Below, piece after piece: positions 1-9,022 of a DNA stretch of 64,000 nt (positions are counted from its first letter, which is position 1; every line of letters begins with the position of its first letter). The stretch is from Chloroflexota bacterium (lineage in GTDB: Bacteria > Chloroflexota > Anaerolineae > Anaerolineales > UBA11858). The stretch lies in assembly GCA_018648225.1 (NCBI GenBank), contig JABGRQ010000081.1, positions 6,092-70,091 of the forward strand, written 5' to 3'. Position numbers and translations under genes: made by a program. A model generated the notes under the pieces. The model was not told where the DNA came from. It saw only the letters and a list, made by a program, of their open reading frames with translations, and ran no database searches.

Positions 1-914
1 CCGCCGAACGCCACGGACGGAAAGTGGCCTTTGTTGGCTACAGCATGGAAAACAACTCCAAAATGGCGATTAAACTAGGCTATCTTGAAGCACCCTCCGA
101 CACCGTCGTCCCCCTGGAAGAAGCGCTAAAATTGCCCGCTTCAGAAGTTGTACTGATGGCAACCGGCTCTCAAGGCGAACCCTCCTCGATGGTCGGGCGG
201 CTCTCGATGGGCACCAATCGCCGCTTCACCATCAAGGATGGCGATACCGTTGTGCTTTCCTCGCACCCCATCCCCGGCAACGAAGAAGTCATCTACCGCA
301 CCATCAACCGGCTCTTCCGCCGCGGCGCCAACGTACTTTACGAACCCCTGACGGCTGTGCATGTCTCCGGCCATGCCAAACAAGACGAAATGACCCTCAT
401 GCTACACCTGGTCAAGCCCAAATATCTCATCCCCATCCACGGTGAACTGCGTCACCTGCGTCAACATGCCGTGCTGGCACAAGATTCCGGCATCTCGCCG
501 GAGAATATTGCAGTTGTGGAAAACGGACAGATTGTCGAATTTGAAGATGGCGAATTGAATCTGGGCGACCGCATCCCCGGCGGCTATATCTTTGTCGATG
601 GCGCCCGTGTGGGCGAAGTTGGCCCCAGCGTAGTGCGCGAGCGCGAAGCCCTGGCGCGTGAAGGCGTGGTGTTGATCAGCCTGGTGCTCGATCACGGCGG
701 ACGGTTGCGCGAACTCCCCGAAATTATAACGCGCGGCTTTGTTTACAAACACGAAGCCGACGAATTACTGGATGCTGTCAGCGAACGCATCGTCGAAACC
801 GTGAAGAGCAGCCCCGGCAATATCCACGATCAGGTAGTGCAAACCGTGCGCTCTTTCCTCTACAACGAAACCAAGAGCCGCCCAATGGTGCTGGTTACGC
901 TGAGCTGGGTCTAA
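1..914 (+). CDS. rnj: Ribonuclease J (beta-CASP family), C-terminal part; 5' end lies upstream of the window
   Basis: The frame is open from the window edge. RNase J-type motifs HVSGHAKQDEM and IPIHGELRHL are present in ORF 24..914. Confidence 0.85.
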   Translation, partial: AERHGRKVAFVGYSMENNSKMAIKLGYLEAPSDTVVPLEEALKLPASEVVLMATGSQGEPSSMVGRLSMGTNRRFTIKDGDTVVLSSHPIPGNEEVIYRTINRLFRRGANVLYEPLTAVHVSGHAKQDEMTLMLHLVKPKYLIPIHGELRHLRQHAVLAQDSGISPENIAVVENGQIVEFEDGELNLGDRIPGGYIFVDGARVGEVGPSVVREREALAREGVVLISLVLDHGGRLRELPEIITRGFVYKHEADELLDAVSERIVETVKSSPGNIHDQVVQTVRSFLYNETKSRPMVLVTLSWV

Positions 915-1568
915 CTACTTTTCCCAGCCCTGTTCACCAATCAACGGAACAAAAGCCACGGCAGAAATGCGGTGGCTTTTTCGTTTATCCCCTCTACGCT
1001 GCCATAATTCCAATACCTGCTGGTAACGACTCCCCGCCGGGATCACCATACGCCCACCGTCGGCGAGTTGATCGAGCAAGGCAGGCGGGGTTTCGGGCGC
1101 CGCAGCTGTGACCATAATCGCGTCAAAGGGGGCCTGGTCGGGGAGTCCCAGTGTGCCATCGCCAACGTGCAGGTGAATATTCTCGATTTCCAGATCGGCA
1201 AAAATTGCCCCAGCAGCAGCCGACAAGGCCGCGTGCCGCTCAATGCTGTAAACTTGCGCGCACAACTGCGCCAGCACTGCCGCCTGATACCCCGAGCCGG
1301 TGCCGACTTCGAGTACGCGTTCGTGTCCCTGTAAACCCAGTGCTTCAGTCATCAACGCGACGATATAGGGCTGCGAGATGGTCTGCCCCGCTTCAATACG
1401 CAGCGCGCCATCCGAATAAGCCCATTGCTGCTGCGCCGCTGGCACGAAGAGATGCCGCGGCAGTGTGCGCAGCACTTCTAGCAGGCGCGTGTCTGTAATC
1501 CCTCGCCGTTCAATCTGATCGCGCACCATCGCGGCACGCTGTTGGGCATAGTCATCTTCGTTGTGCAT
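915..1568 (-). CDS. pcm: Protein-L-isoaspartate O-methyltransferase
   Basis: GQTISQPYIVALMTE plus SAM motif VLEVGTGSGYQAAVLA. Start set at ATG 1568 (MHNEDDY) because the longer ORF to 1622 runs into a repeat element. Confidence 0.85.
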   Translation of the reverse strand: MHNEDDYAQQRAAMVRDQIERRGITDTRLLEVLRTLPRHLFVPAAQQQWAYSDGALRIEAGQTISQPYIVALMTEALGLQGHERVLEVGTGSGYQAAVLAQLCAQVYSIERHAALSAAAGAIFADLEIENIHLHVGDGTLGLPDQAPFDAIMVTAAAPETPPALLDQLADGGRMVIPAGSRYQQVLELWQRRGDKRKSHRISAVAFVPLIGEQGWEK

Positions 1569-1579
1569 TAGGAATAGTT

Positions 1580-1683
1580 TTAACGCAATACCCTGAAGGG
1601 TACAGGCGGCGCTGAGATGCAAAGTTGCAAAGTTTCTTTTTTGTTTTTCCTTGCGCCTCTGCTTCTTTGCGTCCTTGCGTTAA
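1580..1683. repeat. Family C palindromic repeat (termini TTAACGC...GCGTTAA, GCAAAG/CTTTGC arms)
   Basis: ttaacgcaat...gcaaagttgcaaag...ctttgcgtccttgcgttaa, immediately upstream of pcm. Confidence 0.65.
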
Positions 1684-1688
1684 GAATT

Positions 1689-2687
1689 TCAGCGCATTTC
1701 CTTGATTAAGTGCCGCCAAAAATCGTCGCGCTCGCCGGGGGTAAAAGGACTGTAGAGCGAAATTCGATCAGCCAGGCCAGTATAGCGTTCCTTCAGGGCG
1801 TGGGGCACATCTTCGGATTTGGCTACCACCGCAAAAGTAGCCAGCATCTCGTCGCTGATTAAAGCAGGCATCTCCCCCCATTTGCCGCGCGCCACTAATC
1901 CAGACAATTCTTCGGCCACATCTTCCCATCCATGCAGTGCAAATACACGCCGGTACGAAGGCGTGGATGCATAGAACGAAATCTGCTGGCGGACAAAAGC
2001 CTGCTCATGGGGGTTGGTGACTATGAAAGCGGATACGGCCACAGCGATATCGGAGCGGACGCGCCCACTCGAAGTGGCTCCTGTTTCAATGGCGGGGAGT
2101 ACAACCTCGGAGAGATAGCGCGGCGAGTGCAGCGGATGCACATGGAAACCGTCGGCCACTTCTCCGGCGAGTTTTGCCAGACCGGTGTTGACCCCGGCGA
2201 TATAGATGGGAATATCGGGGTGTGAATTGGGGCCAGGGTTGAAAAAAGGCGACATCAGGGTCAGCTTGTAGTATTCGCCACGGAAGTTGAGCCGTTCGCC
2301 GTTCTGCCAGGTATCCCAAAAAGCGCGGATGGCGAGAATTTGCTCGCGCAGCTTGCCCACGACCGAATCAGGCCAGGGCATCCCAAAGCGACGCTCGACA
2401 TGCCCCTTAACCTGCGTGCCCAGGCCGAGAATAAAGCGCCCATTCGAGGCTTGCGCCAGATCCCAGGCAGTGTAGGCCAGCGTAGCCGGATTGCGCGCAA
2501 AACCAATCGCCACGGCGGTGCCAAATTGCAAATTTTGGGTGTGTTCGGCAATCAGCGGGCCGGGCAGAAAGGGATCGTGTTGGGTTTCGGTTGCCCACAG
2601 GCCATCGAAGCCCATCGCTTCGACCGCCGCGGCCAGTTTTGGCACAGAAGTAAGAAAATGCGGGGGAAGTACGGTATCGATTTTCAT
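1689..2687 (-). CDS. Luciferase-like (LLM class) F420-dependent oxidoreductase
   Basis: 332 aa. N-terminal MGFDGLWATETQHDPF and overall LLM pattern. The cofactor class is recalled from family resemblance, not proven. Confidence 0.7.
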   Translation of the reverse strand: MKIDTVLPPHFLTSVPKLAAAVEAMGFDGLWATETQHDPFLPGPLIAEHTQNLQFGTAVAIGFARNPATLAYTAWDLAQASNGRFILGLGTQVKGHVERRFGMPWPDSVVGKLREQILAIRAFWDTWQNGERLNFRGEYYKLTLMSPFFNPGPNSHPDIPIYIAGVNTGLAKLAGEVADGFHVHPLHSPRYLSEVVLPAIETGATSSGRVRSDIAVAVSAFIVTNPHEQAFVRQQISFYASTPSYRRVFALHGWEDVAEELSGLVARGKWGEMPALISDEMLATFAVVAKSEDVPHALKERYTGLADRISLYSPFTPGERDDFWRHLIKEMR

Positions 2688-2846
2688 ACTACGATTATAC
2701 CAACGCTTATTTTCACAAATTCTTCACAACTCGTTCATTATTTCATCATATGTTGGTTCTATACTATAGCCAAGTTCAAACATTTGGGCAAACACAAGCA
2801 AATTTGCCCAAAAATTATACAAAAACAACCCTACCTGGAGGTAGAC

Positions 2847-3404
2847 ATGAAAAAGACCTTGATTCTCGTAACAGTTTTGGCCTTAGCCGCAGCGCTTTTT
2901 ATGGGCGCAGCCCCAGTATTCGCAGCCGAGCTGGATAAAGGCGGCCCCGGTGGCAGCGGTGGCGGTGCAGGCGGTAATGGCGGTGGCGGCAACGGACAGC
3001 AAGGCAGCGCCGGTACCAGCACAGGAATCCCTTTGGAGCAGAATATCAACCTTGATGGTGCGCTGGATGAGCTTTTACACACCAACATGGCGACGGCACT
3101 GGGGATTGATCCCACAGAACTGGCTGCCCACATGGATGCTGGCGAAACTTTTGCCGATGTGGCTCTGAGTCTGGGCTTCGATTATACTGCTATTAGCGAG
3201 ATGCTCGCGCAGGCACGCGCCGACGCACTCACACAGGCCGTACTTGATGGCACGATCACGCAAGAACAAGCCGACTGGCTGGCTTCGACCGGCACCAATA
3301 ACCCCGCTGCCAGCTACGGCGACGGCACCTGCCTCACCGACGGCACTTGCGATGGTACCTTCGATATGCTGCAACAGGGTCAGCGCCGGGGACAAAATCG
3401 ATAG
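2847..3404 (+). CDS. Secreted hypothetical protein with Gly-rich N-terminal region
   Basis: GGAGG at 2836-2840 and ATG at 2847. Signal peptide MKKTLILVTVLALAAALFMGAAPVFA. The long 5' extension of ORF 2340..3404 overlaps the LLM gene and was discarded. Confidence 0.65.
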   Translation: MKKTLILVTVLALAAALFMGAAPVFAAELDKGGPGGSGGGAGGNGGGGNGQQGSAGTSTGIPLEQNINLDGALDELLHTNMATALGIDPTELAAHMDAGETFADVALSLGFDYTAISEMLAQARADALTQAVLDGTITQEQADWLASTGTNNPAASYGDGTCLTDGTCDGTFDMLQQGQRRGQNR

Positions 3405-3423
3405 ACAAGCATATTGCAATTAA

Positions 3424-3460
3424 AAGAGCGTGCCGGAAATTTCCGGCAAGCTCTTTTTGC
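3424..3460. terminator. Bidirectional intrinsic terminator between convergent genes
   Basis: The agagcgtgccgga/tccggcaagctct stem is flanked by A-run and T-run. Confidence 0.7.
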
Positions 3461-3560
3461 ATTCATAAATTTGTATTTCCAGACAGATTTTTATTCAGGG
3501 CTTACGCACCCCGCACATCCCTATTTTCGGTATATTTTTTTATCGTCTTGCCAAGTCCTA

Positions 3561-4043
3561 TTATTCTATTTCGATTTGAATTTTCGGTTTTTCAAGGGGA
3601 GGGGATACTGATATTTTTTGAGGAATAACCACCATTAACAAAAAGCCAATTGCAATTACAGCTTCACCCAAAATCACGCCAACGGCCTGCATTTCACCAA
3701 AATAGGGAATCACCGGCCAGGGTTGAGAGCCAAACCCGAACACATCGGCCATGCCCGAAGTAATCGCAATCACATAGCCAGTACTCACCAGGCGCAAACC
3801 AATATCCTCGGCAATTGTGCGCTCACGTCTATCCCAATTAATAGATAGGCAAAGAAATCCCCCCAGGCAAATAATCGCAATTCCAATTTCAAAAACAGCA
3901 ATTTGCACGAACCCAACTACCGGGCTACGATCTGCGCCGACAATATTCGGCTCAATTCCTAGCAAAAAGAGCAAGAAACCGATCATCACCAGCCCCAATC
4001 CCCAGCGAGTTCTGCGTGTGCCATTTACGGGTTTTCGATCCAA
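3561..4043 (-). CDS. Hypothetical integral membrane protein (about 4 TM)
   Basis: Hydrophobic segments throughout. TTG start with a GAGGA-like SD upstream. No recognisable family. Confidence 0.5.
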   Translation of the reverse strand: MDRKPVNGTRRTRWGLGLVMIGFLLFLLGIEPNIVGADRSPVVGFVQIAVFEIGIAIICLGGFLCLSINWDRRERTIAEDIGLRLVSTGYVIAITSGMADVFGFGSQPWPVIPYFGEMQAVGVILGEAVIAIGFLLMVVIPQKISVSPPLEKPKIQIEIE

Positions 4044-4073
4044 AGTAATCGTCCTCTACATAAAATTAGCTTA

Positions 4074-5150
4074 TCAGGGCAGGCTGCGCGCTAATAAATT
4101 AAGCCAGTTTTGGCCCATAACAGACTGAATATCACTTTCAGTATACCCTTTTTCGGCCAATAGCCCAGCCAGTTTTCCAAGATCGGCAATCGTATCGATG
4201 CCTTCGGGTACGCTCTGTAAGCCAAAACCGCCATCGAAATCGCTGCCAATGCCCACATGCGCGGCATCCCCGGCCAGTTGACAAATATAATCAATTTGCG
4301 CGGCCACAAAACCCAATGTTACCCGATGGCGTCCATCGCTGGCTTGCCAGCCGGGGAGCAAAAAGGGATTATAAGGCACAACACCAATGATAGCATCACG
4401 CTCGATCAGCCCGTGGATGACACGGTCAGAAAGGAAGCGATTACTATCCAGGCCGTCGAGCAAGGCAGACGCATTGGCATGAGATGCAAGCATTGTGCCG
4501 GGGAAAATATCCAGAGCCTGCAACACCGCTTTTTCGTCCATGTGGCTGAAATCGAGGCTGAAGCCAAAATCGGCCATTGCTTCGAGCAGGGCATATCCAT
4601 CGCTTGTCAGCGGGCCTGGTTCGCCGGTGCCACCGCAAAAGCGCGTCCCCGCCCAGGCCGGACCAATCAGGCGCACACCACGCTGCCACCATTCTTCCAA
4701 CTCCGATGGGTGTCCGACTGCCTCGGCAGCCTCCATCAAGATCACCAGCCCAACCGGAGGGGAGGCCGTTTCGGGCTGCCACTCGGCCAGATGCGCCCGC
4801 AAGTCAGTTTGCGTTCGAATCAGGCGGAATTTATCAGGGTGCTGATCGACCAGGCGATGGTAGGCATCCAGTTGCGCCGAATAGCGCAGTCGGGCTTCGG
4901 CGGTGTCCCGGTAACTCTGCACATCCCACTCACCCAGCGTGCGCCGCGCCGGAGACGCAAATAGTGTGGCGAAAATCACGGCGACGCGCCCCTGTTGATA
5001 TTCGTGCCAGCCGAGCAGGGTATCGCCGTTGTGACGCGGTGCAGCGCTGTGCATTTCAAGGCGGCGAGTTTCTAACGCCGAACGGGTGTAATCGCGCCCG
5101 AAGGTGAGCATATTCCAGGCCAGGTCTTGGTGGGCATCTACAATGAGCAT
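4074..5150 (-). CDS. Membrane dipeptidase, peptidase M19 family
   Basis: MLIVDAHQDLAWN start motif (HxD) and later DFDG region. Start at ATG 5150; the upstream part of ORF 4074..5483 overlaps mutY. Confidence 0.8.
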   Translation of the reverse strand: MLIVDAHQDLAWNMLTFGRDYTRSALETRRLEMHSAAPRHNGDTLLGWHEYQQGRVAVIFATLFASPARRTLGEWDVQSYRDTAEARLRYSAQLDAYHRLVDQHPDKFRLIRTQTDLRAHLAEWQPETASPPVGLVILMEAAEAVGHPSELEEWWQRGVRLIGPAWAGTRFCGGTGEPGPLTSDGYALLEAMADFGFSLDFSHMDEKAVLQALDIFPGTMLASHANASALLDGLDSNRFLSDRVIHGLIERDAIIGVVPYNPFLLPGWQASDGRHRVTLGFVAAQIDYICQLAGDAAHVGIGSDFDGGFGLQSVPEGIDTIADLGKLAGLLAEKGYTESDIQSVMGQNWLNLLARSLP

Positions 5151-5151
5151 A

Positions 5152-6222
5152 TCAGTTACCGGTTGAATGTTGAATATGGGCAGCGATTTGACGGTCAATT
5201 TTGCCCATCGGATAGTCGCTAAACGCCGACGGGACAACCCATTGGAGGCTGGCGTGGTCAATGGGCTGGGGTTCACCTTTGAGTAGGGTACAGTCAAAGG
5301 CATGCAGGGTGATTTTGAAATGCGAATAGGCGTGATCGTACACCCCAAGCGGAGCGCCAACTTCAACATCCACACCCAATTCTTCACAGATTTCACGCCG
5401 CAAACATTCGGGAAGACTCTCGCCGGATTCTTGCTTGCCACCGGGAAATTCCCACATACCACCCAGCAAACCTTTGTGTTCACGTTGCGCGATGAGAATA
5501 TGTCCGTTGCGCCGAATGACCGCCGCGGTGACGGTATGATGCGGCACAGGCGGCTTGCGCTTCTTCACCGGGCGTTGTTCCTGAACGCCCAACTCATAGG
5601 CCAGGCAAGAATCGGCTACGGGGCATTGGTCACACTTGGGCGCGCGCGGCGCGCAAATGAGGGCGCCTAATTCCATCAGCGCCTGGTTATAATCAGCAGC
5701 CTCCCCGGGGGGCAGGTATTCGCTGAGCAAAGCCCAGAGCTTATGCTCACCCTCGGTCGAACGCGCCAACTCGGTGACATTGAAAAGGCGCGCCATGACG
5801 CGGCGGATATTGCCATCCAACGCAGGAGTATCCAATCCAAAACAAATCGAAGCAATCGCTCCAGCCGTATAACGGCCAATGCCGGGGAGTTTTTGCAGCG
5901 CTTTTTCATCGGCAGGAAGTTTGCCGGCGTGCTGCTCAACCACAATCTTTGCGGCGCGGTGCAGGTTGCGGGCGCGGCTGTAATATCCCAACCCCTCCCA
6001 CTGCTGAAGCACAGCTTGCTGCTCGGCGGCAGCCAGACTGTGCAGCGTGGGAAAGCGCTCCAGCCAGCGCTCAAAATAGGGAATGACGGTATCCACGCGG
6101 GTTTGTTGCAACATAATTTCCGAAACCCAAACCGCGTAGGGATCGGGATTACCGCGCCAGGGTAGCTGGCGGGCATTGCGATGATACCAGTGGAGTAAGT
6201 TTTGGACGAAGGGAATTGACAT
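5152..6222 (-). CDS. mutY: A/G-specific adenine DNA glycosylase MutY with Nudix-box-bearing C-terminal domain
   Basis: WYHRNARQLPWR, VSEIMLQQTRV, a 4-Cys cluster (CAPRAPKCDQCPVADSC), and C-terminal YDHAYSHFKITLHAF. Confidence 0.9.
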   Translation of the reverse strand: MSIPFVQNLLHWYHRNARQLPWRGNPDPYAVWVSEIMLQQTRVDTVIPYFERWLERFPTLHSLAAAEQQAVLQQWEGLGYYSRARNLHRAAKIVVEQHAGKLPADEKALQKLPGIGRYTAGAIASICFGLDTPALDGNIRRVMARLFNVTELARSTEGEHKLWALLSEYLPPGEAADYNQALMELGALICAPRAPKCDQCPVADSCLAYELGVQEQRPVKKRKPPVPHHTVTAAVIRRNGHILIAQREHKGLLGGMWEFPGGKQESGESLPECLRREICEELGVDVEVGAPLGVYDHAYSHFKITLHAFDCTLLKGEPQPIDHASLQWVVPSAFSDYPMGKIDRQIAAHIQHSTGN

Positions 6223-6292
6223 AACGAACGCTGCAACCCAACGGGGGTGCATGGACGCTTTACATCCACACACCCCCGTTGGGTTGGGTCAA

Positions 6293-6595
6293 TTACATTT
6301 GGAAACCGGGGCGCGCGGCAACGGTTTTATACTGAAAATCTTCTACGTAGTCCAGCAAACGGTCGGTGAGTTGATCCCACTCATTTGAACGCACCGCCTG
6401 ACGCATGGAATCCATCGTATTGGTTTTCATTGTAACCAAAATTTGAGGATGGCTCCCAAAAACTGTCACCCAGGCATCAGAGGCTTCCAACCCAAGCAAC
6501 TGCATTTGGGGGATAAATTCGCGCACAACGAACTCAAAATATTCTTGCTCGCGACCTGTCTGGATATTCCAGGTCATCAATAGCTTTACCGCCAT
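6293..6595 (-). CDS. Small hypothetical protein (100 aa)
   Basis: Clean ORF with ATG at 6595 (MAVKLLMTWN). No family recognised. Confidence 0.45.
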   Translation of the reverse strand: MAVKLLMTWNIQTGREQEYFEFVVREFIPQMQLLGLEASDAWVTVFGSHPQILVTMKTNTMDSMRQAVRSNEWDQLTDRLLDYVEDFQYKTVAARPGFQM

Positions 6596-6625
6596 TGTTT
6601 GCTCCACCAAATATTCAAAAAATTT

Positions 6626-6671
6626 CTTACCTCAAAGCGTTCCTTGGTGTTTTTCATGTCTTTGTGGTAAG
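6626..6671. repeat. Family D-like small palindrome
   Basis: cttacctcaaagcg...catgtctttgtggtaag. Confidence 0.45.
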
Positions 6672-6675
6672 TCAA

Positions 6676-7317
6676 TTAGGCTTGATACGATAACACCACA
6701 ACCTGCGTTTCGTCGGGAACCGAGGAGGATGTTACCGTGAGTTCGTCTTCGGGGATTTGATCACCCAGGCCCATTTCTTTCAAGAATTTGTCTAACGGGT
6801 CGAGTTCAAGTTTGCTTTCCGGCGTGAGATACTGCATGGGAATGACAATGCCCGGTTCAAGCAAACTGATCACTTCGGCGGCTTTTGCCGCGTTGAGCGC
6901 GTTCCCACCGCCCACCGGAACCAAAACCACTTTCACATTTCCCAAAGCCTCCACCTGCGATTGGCTGGGGACACGCGTCAGCGCGCCTAAATGCGCTACC
7001 GTGATCCCTTCAAAATCAAATACAAATAACGTATTGCGCAACTCATCGGGTTGGCGCTTTTTACCATTGGTGCGTAAAGCTGTGATAAATACATCGCCAA
7101 TTTCGTATTCTCCCGGCCCTTTGAGTACGTGCTCTTTCGATTTCACCGCATTTTCGTAATTATATTCAGGCGTATCCTGGGAAACGGTGACAATATTGCC
7201 GCGCAAATTCAACGGCTGGTAGCCAACAACTTGATGGTCATACGGATCGGTAACAACGGTTGCCAGCCCGCGGGCTGATAATCGGAAACAGGAATGGCCG
7301 TGCCAGGTAATTTTCAT
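6676..7317 (-). CDS. Metallo-beta-lactamase-fold metal-dependent hydrolase (UPF0173-like)
   Basis: MKITWHGHSCFRL N-terminus is typical of this family. 213 aa. Confidence 0.75.
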   Translation of the reverse strand: MKITWHGHSCFRLSARGLATVVTDPYDHQVVGYQPLNLRGNIVTVSQDTPEYNYENAVKSKEHVLKGPGEYEIGDVFITALRTNGKKRQPDELRNTLFVFDFEGITVAHLGALTRVPSQSQVEALGNVKVVLVPVGGGNALNAAKAAEVISLLEPGIVIPMQYLTPESKLELDPLDKFLKEMGLGDQIPEDELTVTSSSVPDETQVVVLSYQA

Positions 7318-7415
7318 AGATGCTCCAAAACAGATGTCGACAGAGTACTTTGGCTCCGATTATACCATCGCGCTAAGAAGCGGCAAAATTCAAATTCCAT
7401 GATAAGATTTTGCCC

Positions 7416-8909
7416 ATGAAACGCGCACTCATCTTGATGATTCTCTCCCTGATGCTGACGGCTTGCGGGGCCGCGCCCGAGGTGGTTCCAACTGAAACAG
7501 CGGTTCCTACACTCGCTTCGCTCGCGGCGAGTCCTACGCTCGAGCCAACCCAGACCCCGACGCCGGAACCCACCCCCACGCCAGAACCCAGCCCTACGCC
7601 CGCGCCCCCACCCGAAATCCAGTACGCCATCTCCGCCGAGTTGGATTTTAGCGCCCGTTGGCTAAAGGCATCGGAAACCATCACTATCCCCAACCTGTCA
7701 GACGAACCCATCACGAATCTGACGCTGGTCGTACAACCGCGCTGGTATGAAAACGCCTTCGAATTAACCAGCCTGACCTGGGACGATGGAACGCCGATTG
7801 AGGGTTATTATTTCGACGAAATCAGCCTGATTATTCCACTGGCGGAACCGCTGGCTCCCAATGATACGCGCCGCCTGACGATGGATTTTGAACTTTTCTT
7901 GCCCCAGATTATCCAGTCGGAAGATTATGGGCCGATCCCCTTTGGATATACGCTGCGCCAGGTCAACCTGGTCGATTGGTATCCCTTCGTTCCGGCGTAT
8001 AAAGCCGGGGAGGGCTGGATCGTACACCCTACCTGGTATTATGGCGAACACCTGGTTTACCCGGTGGCAAATTTCGATGTAGCCCTGAAAGTAGTAAATG
8101 CCCCCTCGGTGACAATGATCGCCGCCAGCGCACCCGATACGGGGAATGACGATGTGCATATTTACCATCTCGAAGATGCGCGCAATTTTGTGGCTTCGGT
8201 GAGTGCTTCGTATATGCTGCTCGAAGAACAGGTTGATGATGTGCTGGTTCAGGCATATATCTTTCCGCAGCATCAGGTGGGCGGGAAAGCCGCTTTTGAA
8301 ACCGTGATTAACGCGCTGGAATTGTATACTGAACTTTATGGCGAATATCCCCACTCTAGCATGACGCTGGTCGAAGCCGATTTTTTGCACGATATGGAAT
8401 ACCAGAGCCTGATTTTTATCAGCCACGCATTTTTCAACACCTTCGATGGTACCGCTGAAACCTATCTGGTGACGATTACGGCACATGAAACCGCGCACCA
8501 GTGGTTTTACGGGCTGGTCGGCAACGATCCGTTTTTAGAGCCGTGGCTGGATGAGGCTTTTTGCACCTACAGCGAGCGTCTCTTTTACGAAAAATTGTAT
8601 CCCAACTCGCAAGATTGGTGGTGGTACGCGCGGGTGAATTATTATGTACCCTCGGGCTGGATCGATAGCGATCTGACTTACAACGGCGGCTATCGCACCT
8701 ACCGCGATGCGATTTATTTACAAGGCGCAAAATTTTTGGAAGATTTACGCTTTTTGATCGGCGATGAGGCTTTCTTCGCCTTTGTAAAAGATTATGTGGA
8801 AACCTATCGCAATCAGATTGTCACACGCCAAGATTTTTTCACCACCCTGGCACGTCACAGCAATGTGGATATCAGCGCGTTGATGACATCGTATTTTCAG
8901 TATCCGTAG
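7416..8909 (+). CDS. M1-family zinc metallopeptidase, lipoprotein
   Basis: HETAHQWFYG...WLDEAF gluzincin motif (HExxH-18-E). Lipobox LTACG. Pro/Thr-rich linker. Confidence 0.85.
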   Translation: MKRALILMILSLMLTACGAAPEVVPTETAVPTLASLAASPTLEPTQTPTPEPTPTPEPSPTPAPPPEIQYAISAELDFSARWLKASETITIPNLSDEPITNLTLVVQPRWYENAFELTSLTWDDGTPIEGYYFDEISLIIPLAEPLAPNDTRRLTMDFELFLPQIIQSEDYGPIPFGYTLRQVNLVDWYPFVPAYKAGEGWIVHPTWYYGEHLVYPVANFDVALKVVNAPSVTMIAASAPDTGNDDVHIYHLEDARNFVASVSASYMLLEEQVDDVLVQAYIFPQHQVGGKAAFETVINALELYTELYGEYPHSSMTLVEADFLHDMEYQSLIFISHAFFNTFDGTAETYLVTITAHETAHQWFYGLVGNDPFLEPWLDEAFCTYSERLFYEKLYPNSQDWWWYARVNYYVPSGWIDSDLTYNGGYRTYRDAIYLQGAKFLEDLRFLIGDEAFFAFVKDYVETYRNQIVTRQDFFTTLARHSNVDISALMTSYFQYP

Positions 8910-8914
8910 TGAAA

Positions 8915-9009
8915 GCCCTCACCCTGACCTTCGTTTTACTCAGGTTTGTCCCTCTCCCAAAATTGGGAGAGGGACGTATTCGAAGCGCAGCGAGAATCAG
9001 GGTGAGGGC
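8915..9009. repeat. Family A palindromic repeat (outer GCCCTCACCC/GGGTGAGGGC, inner CCCTCTCCC-N-GGGAGAGGG), full copy
   Basis: Nested inverted repeats read directly from the sequence. Intergenic. Confidence 0.8.
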
Positions 9010-9022
9010 ATAGTATAAAATC

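Noticed and set aside
914-915. Convergent genes with zero or negative spacing (rnj/pcm abut at 914/915; DUF456/HEAT overlap at 58684-58690) as a sign of misassembly or pseudogenes
   Set aside because: Both members of each pair have intact family-typical C-termini. Tight convergent packing is consistent with the high coding density of the whole window.
2340-2846. 5' extensions of track ORFs that overlap the neighbouring gene: 2340-3404, 4074-5483, 14439-15020, 28478-29878, 32031-32813, 33978-34757, 43661-45364, 51474-52487, 53892-55010, 40447-42876
   Set aside because: Internal starts with an SD, a signal peptide, or the family-typical N-terminus fit better. The extensions run through adjacent genes or repeat elements.
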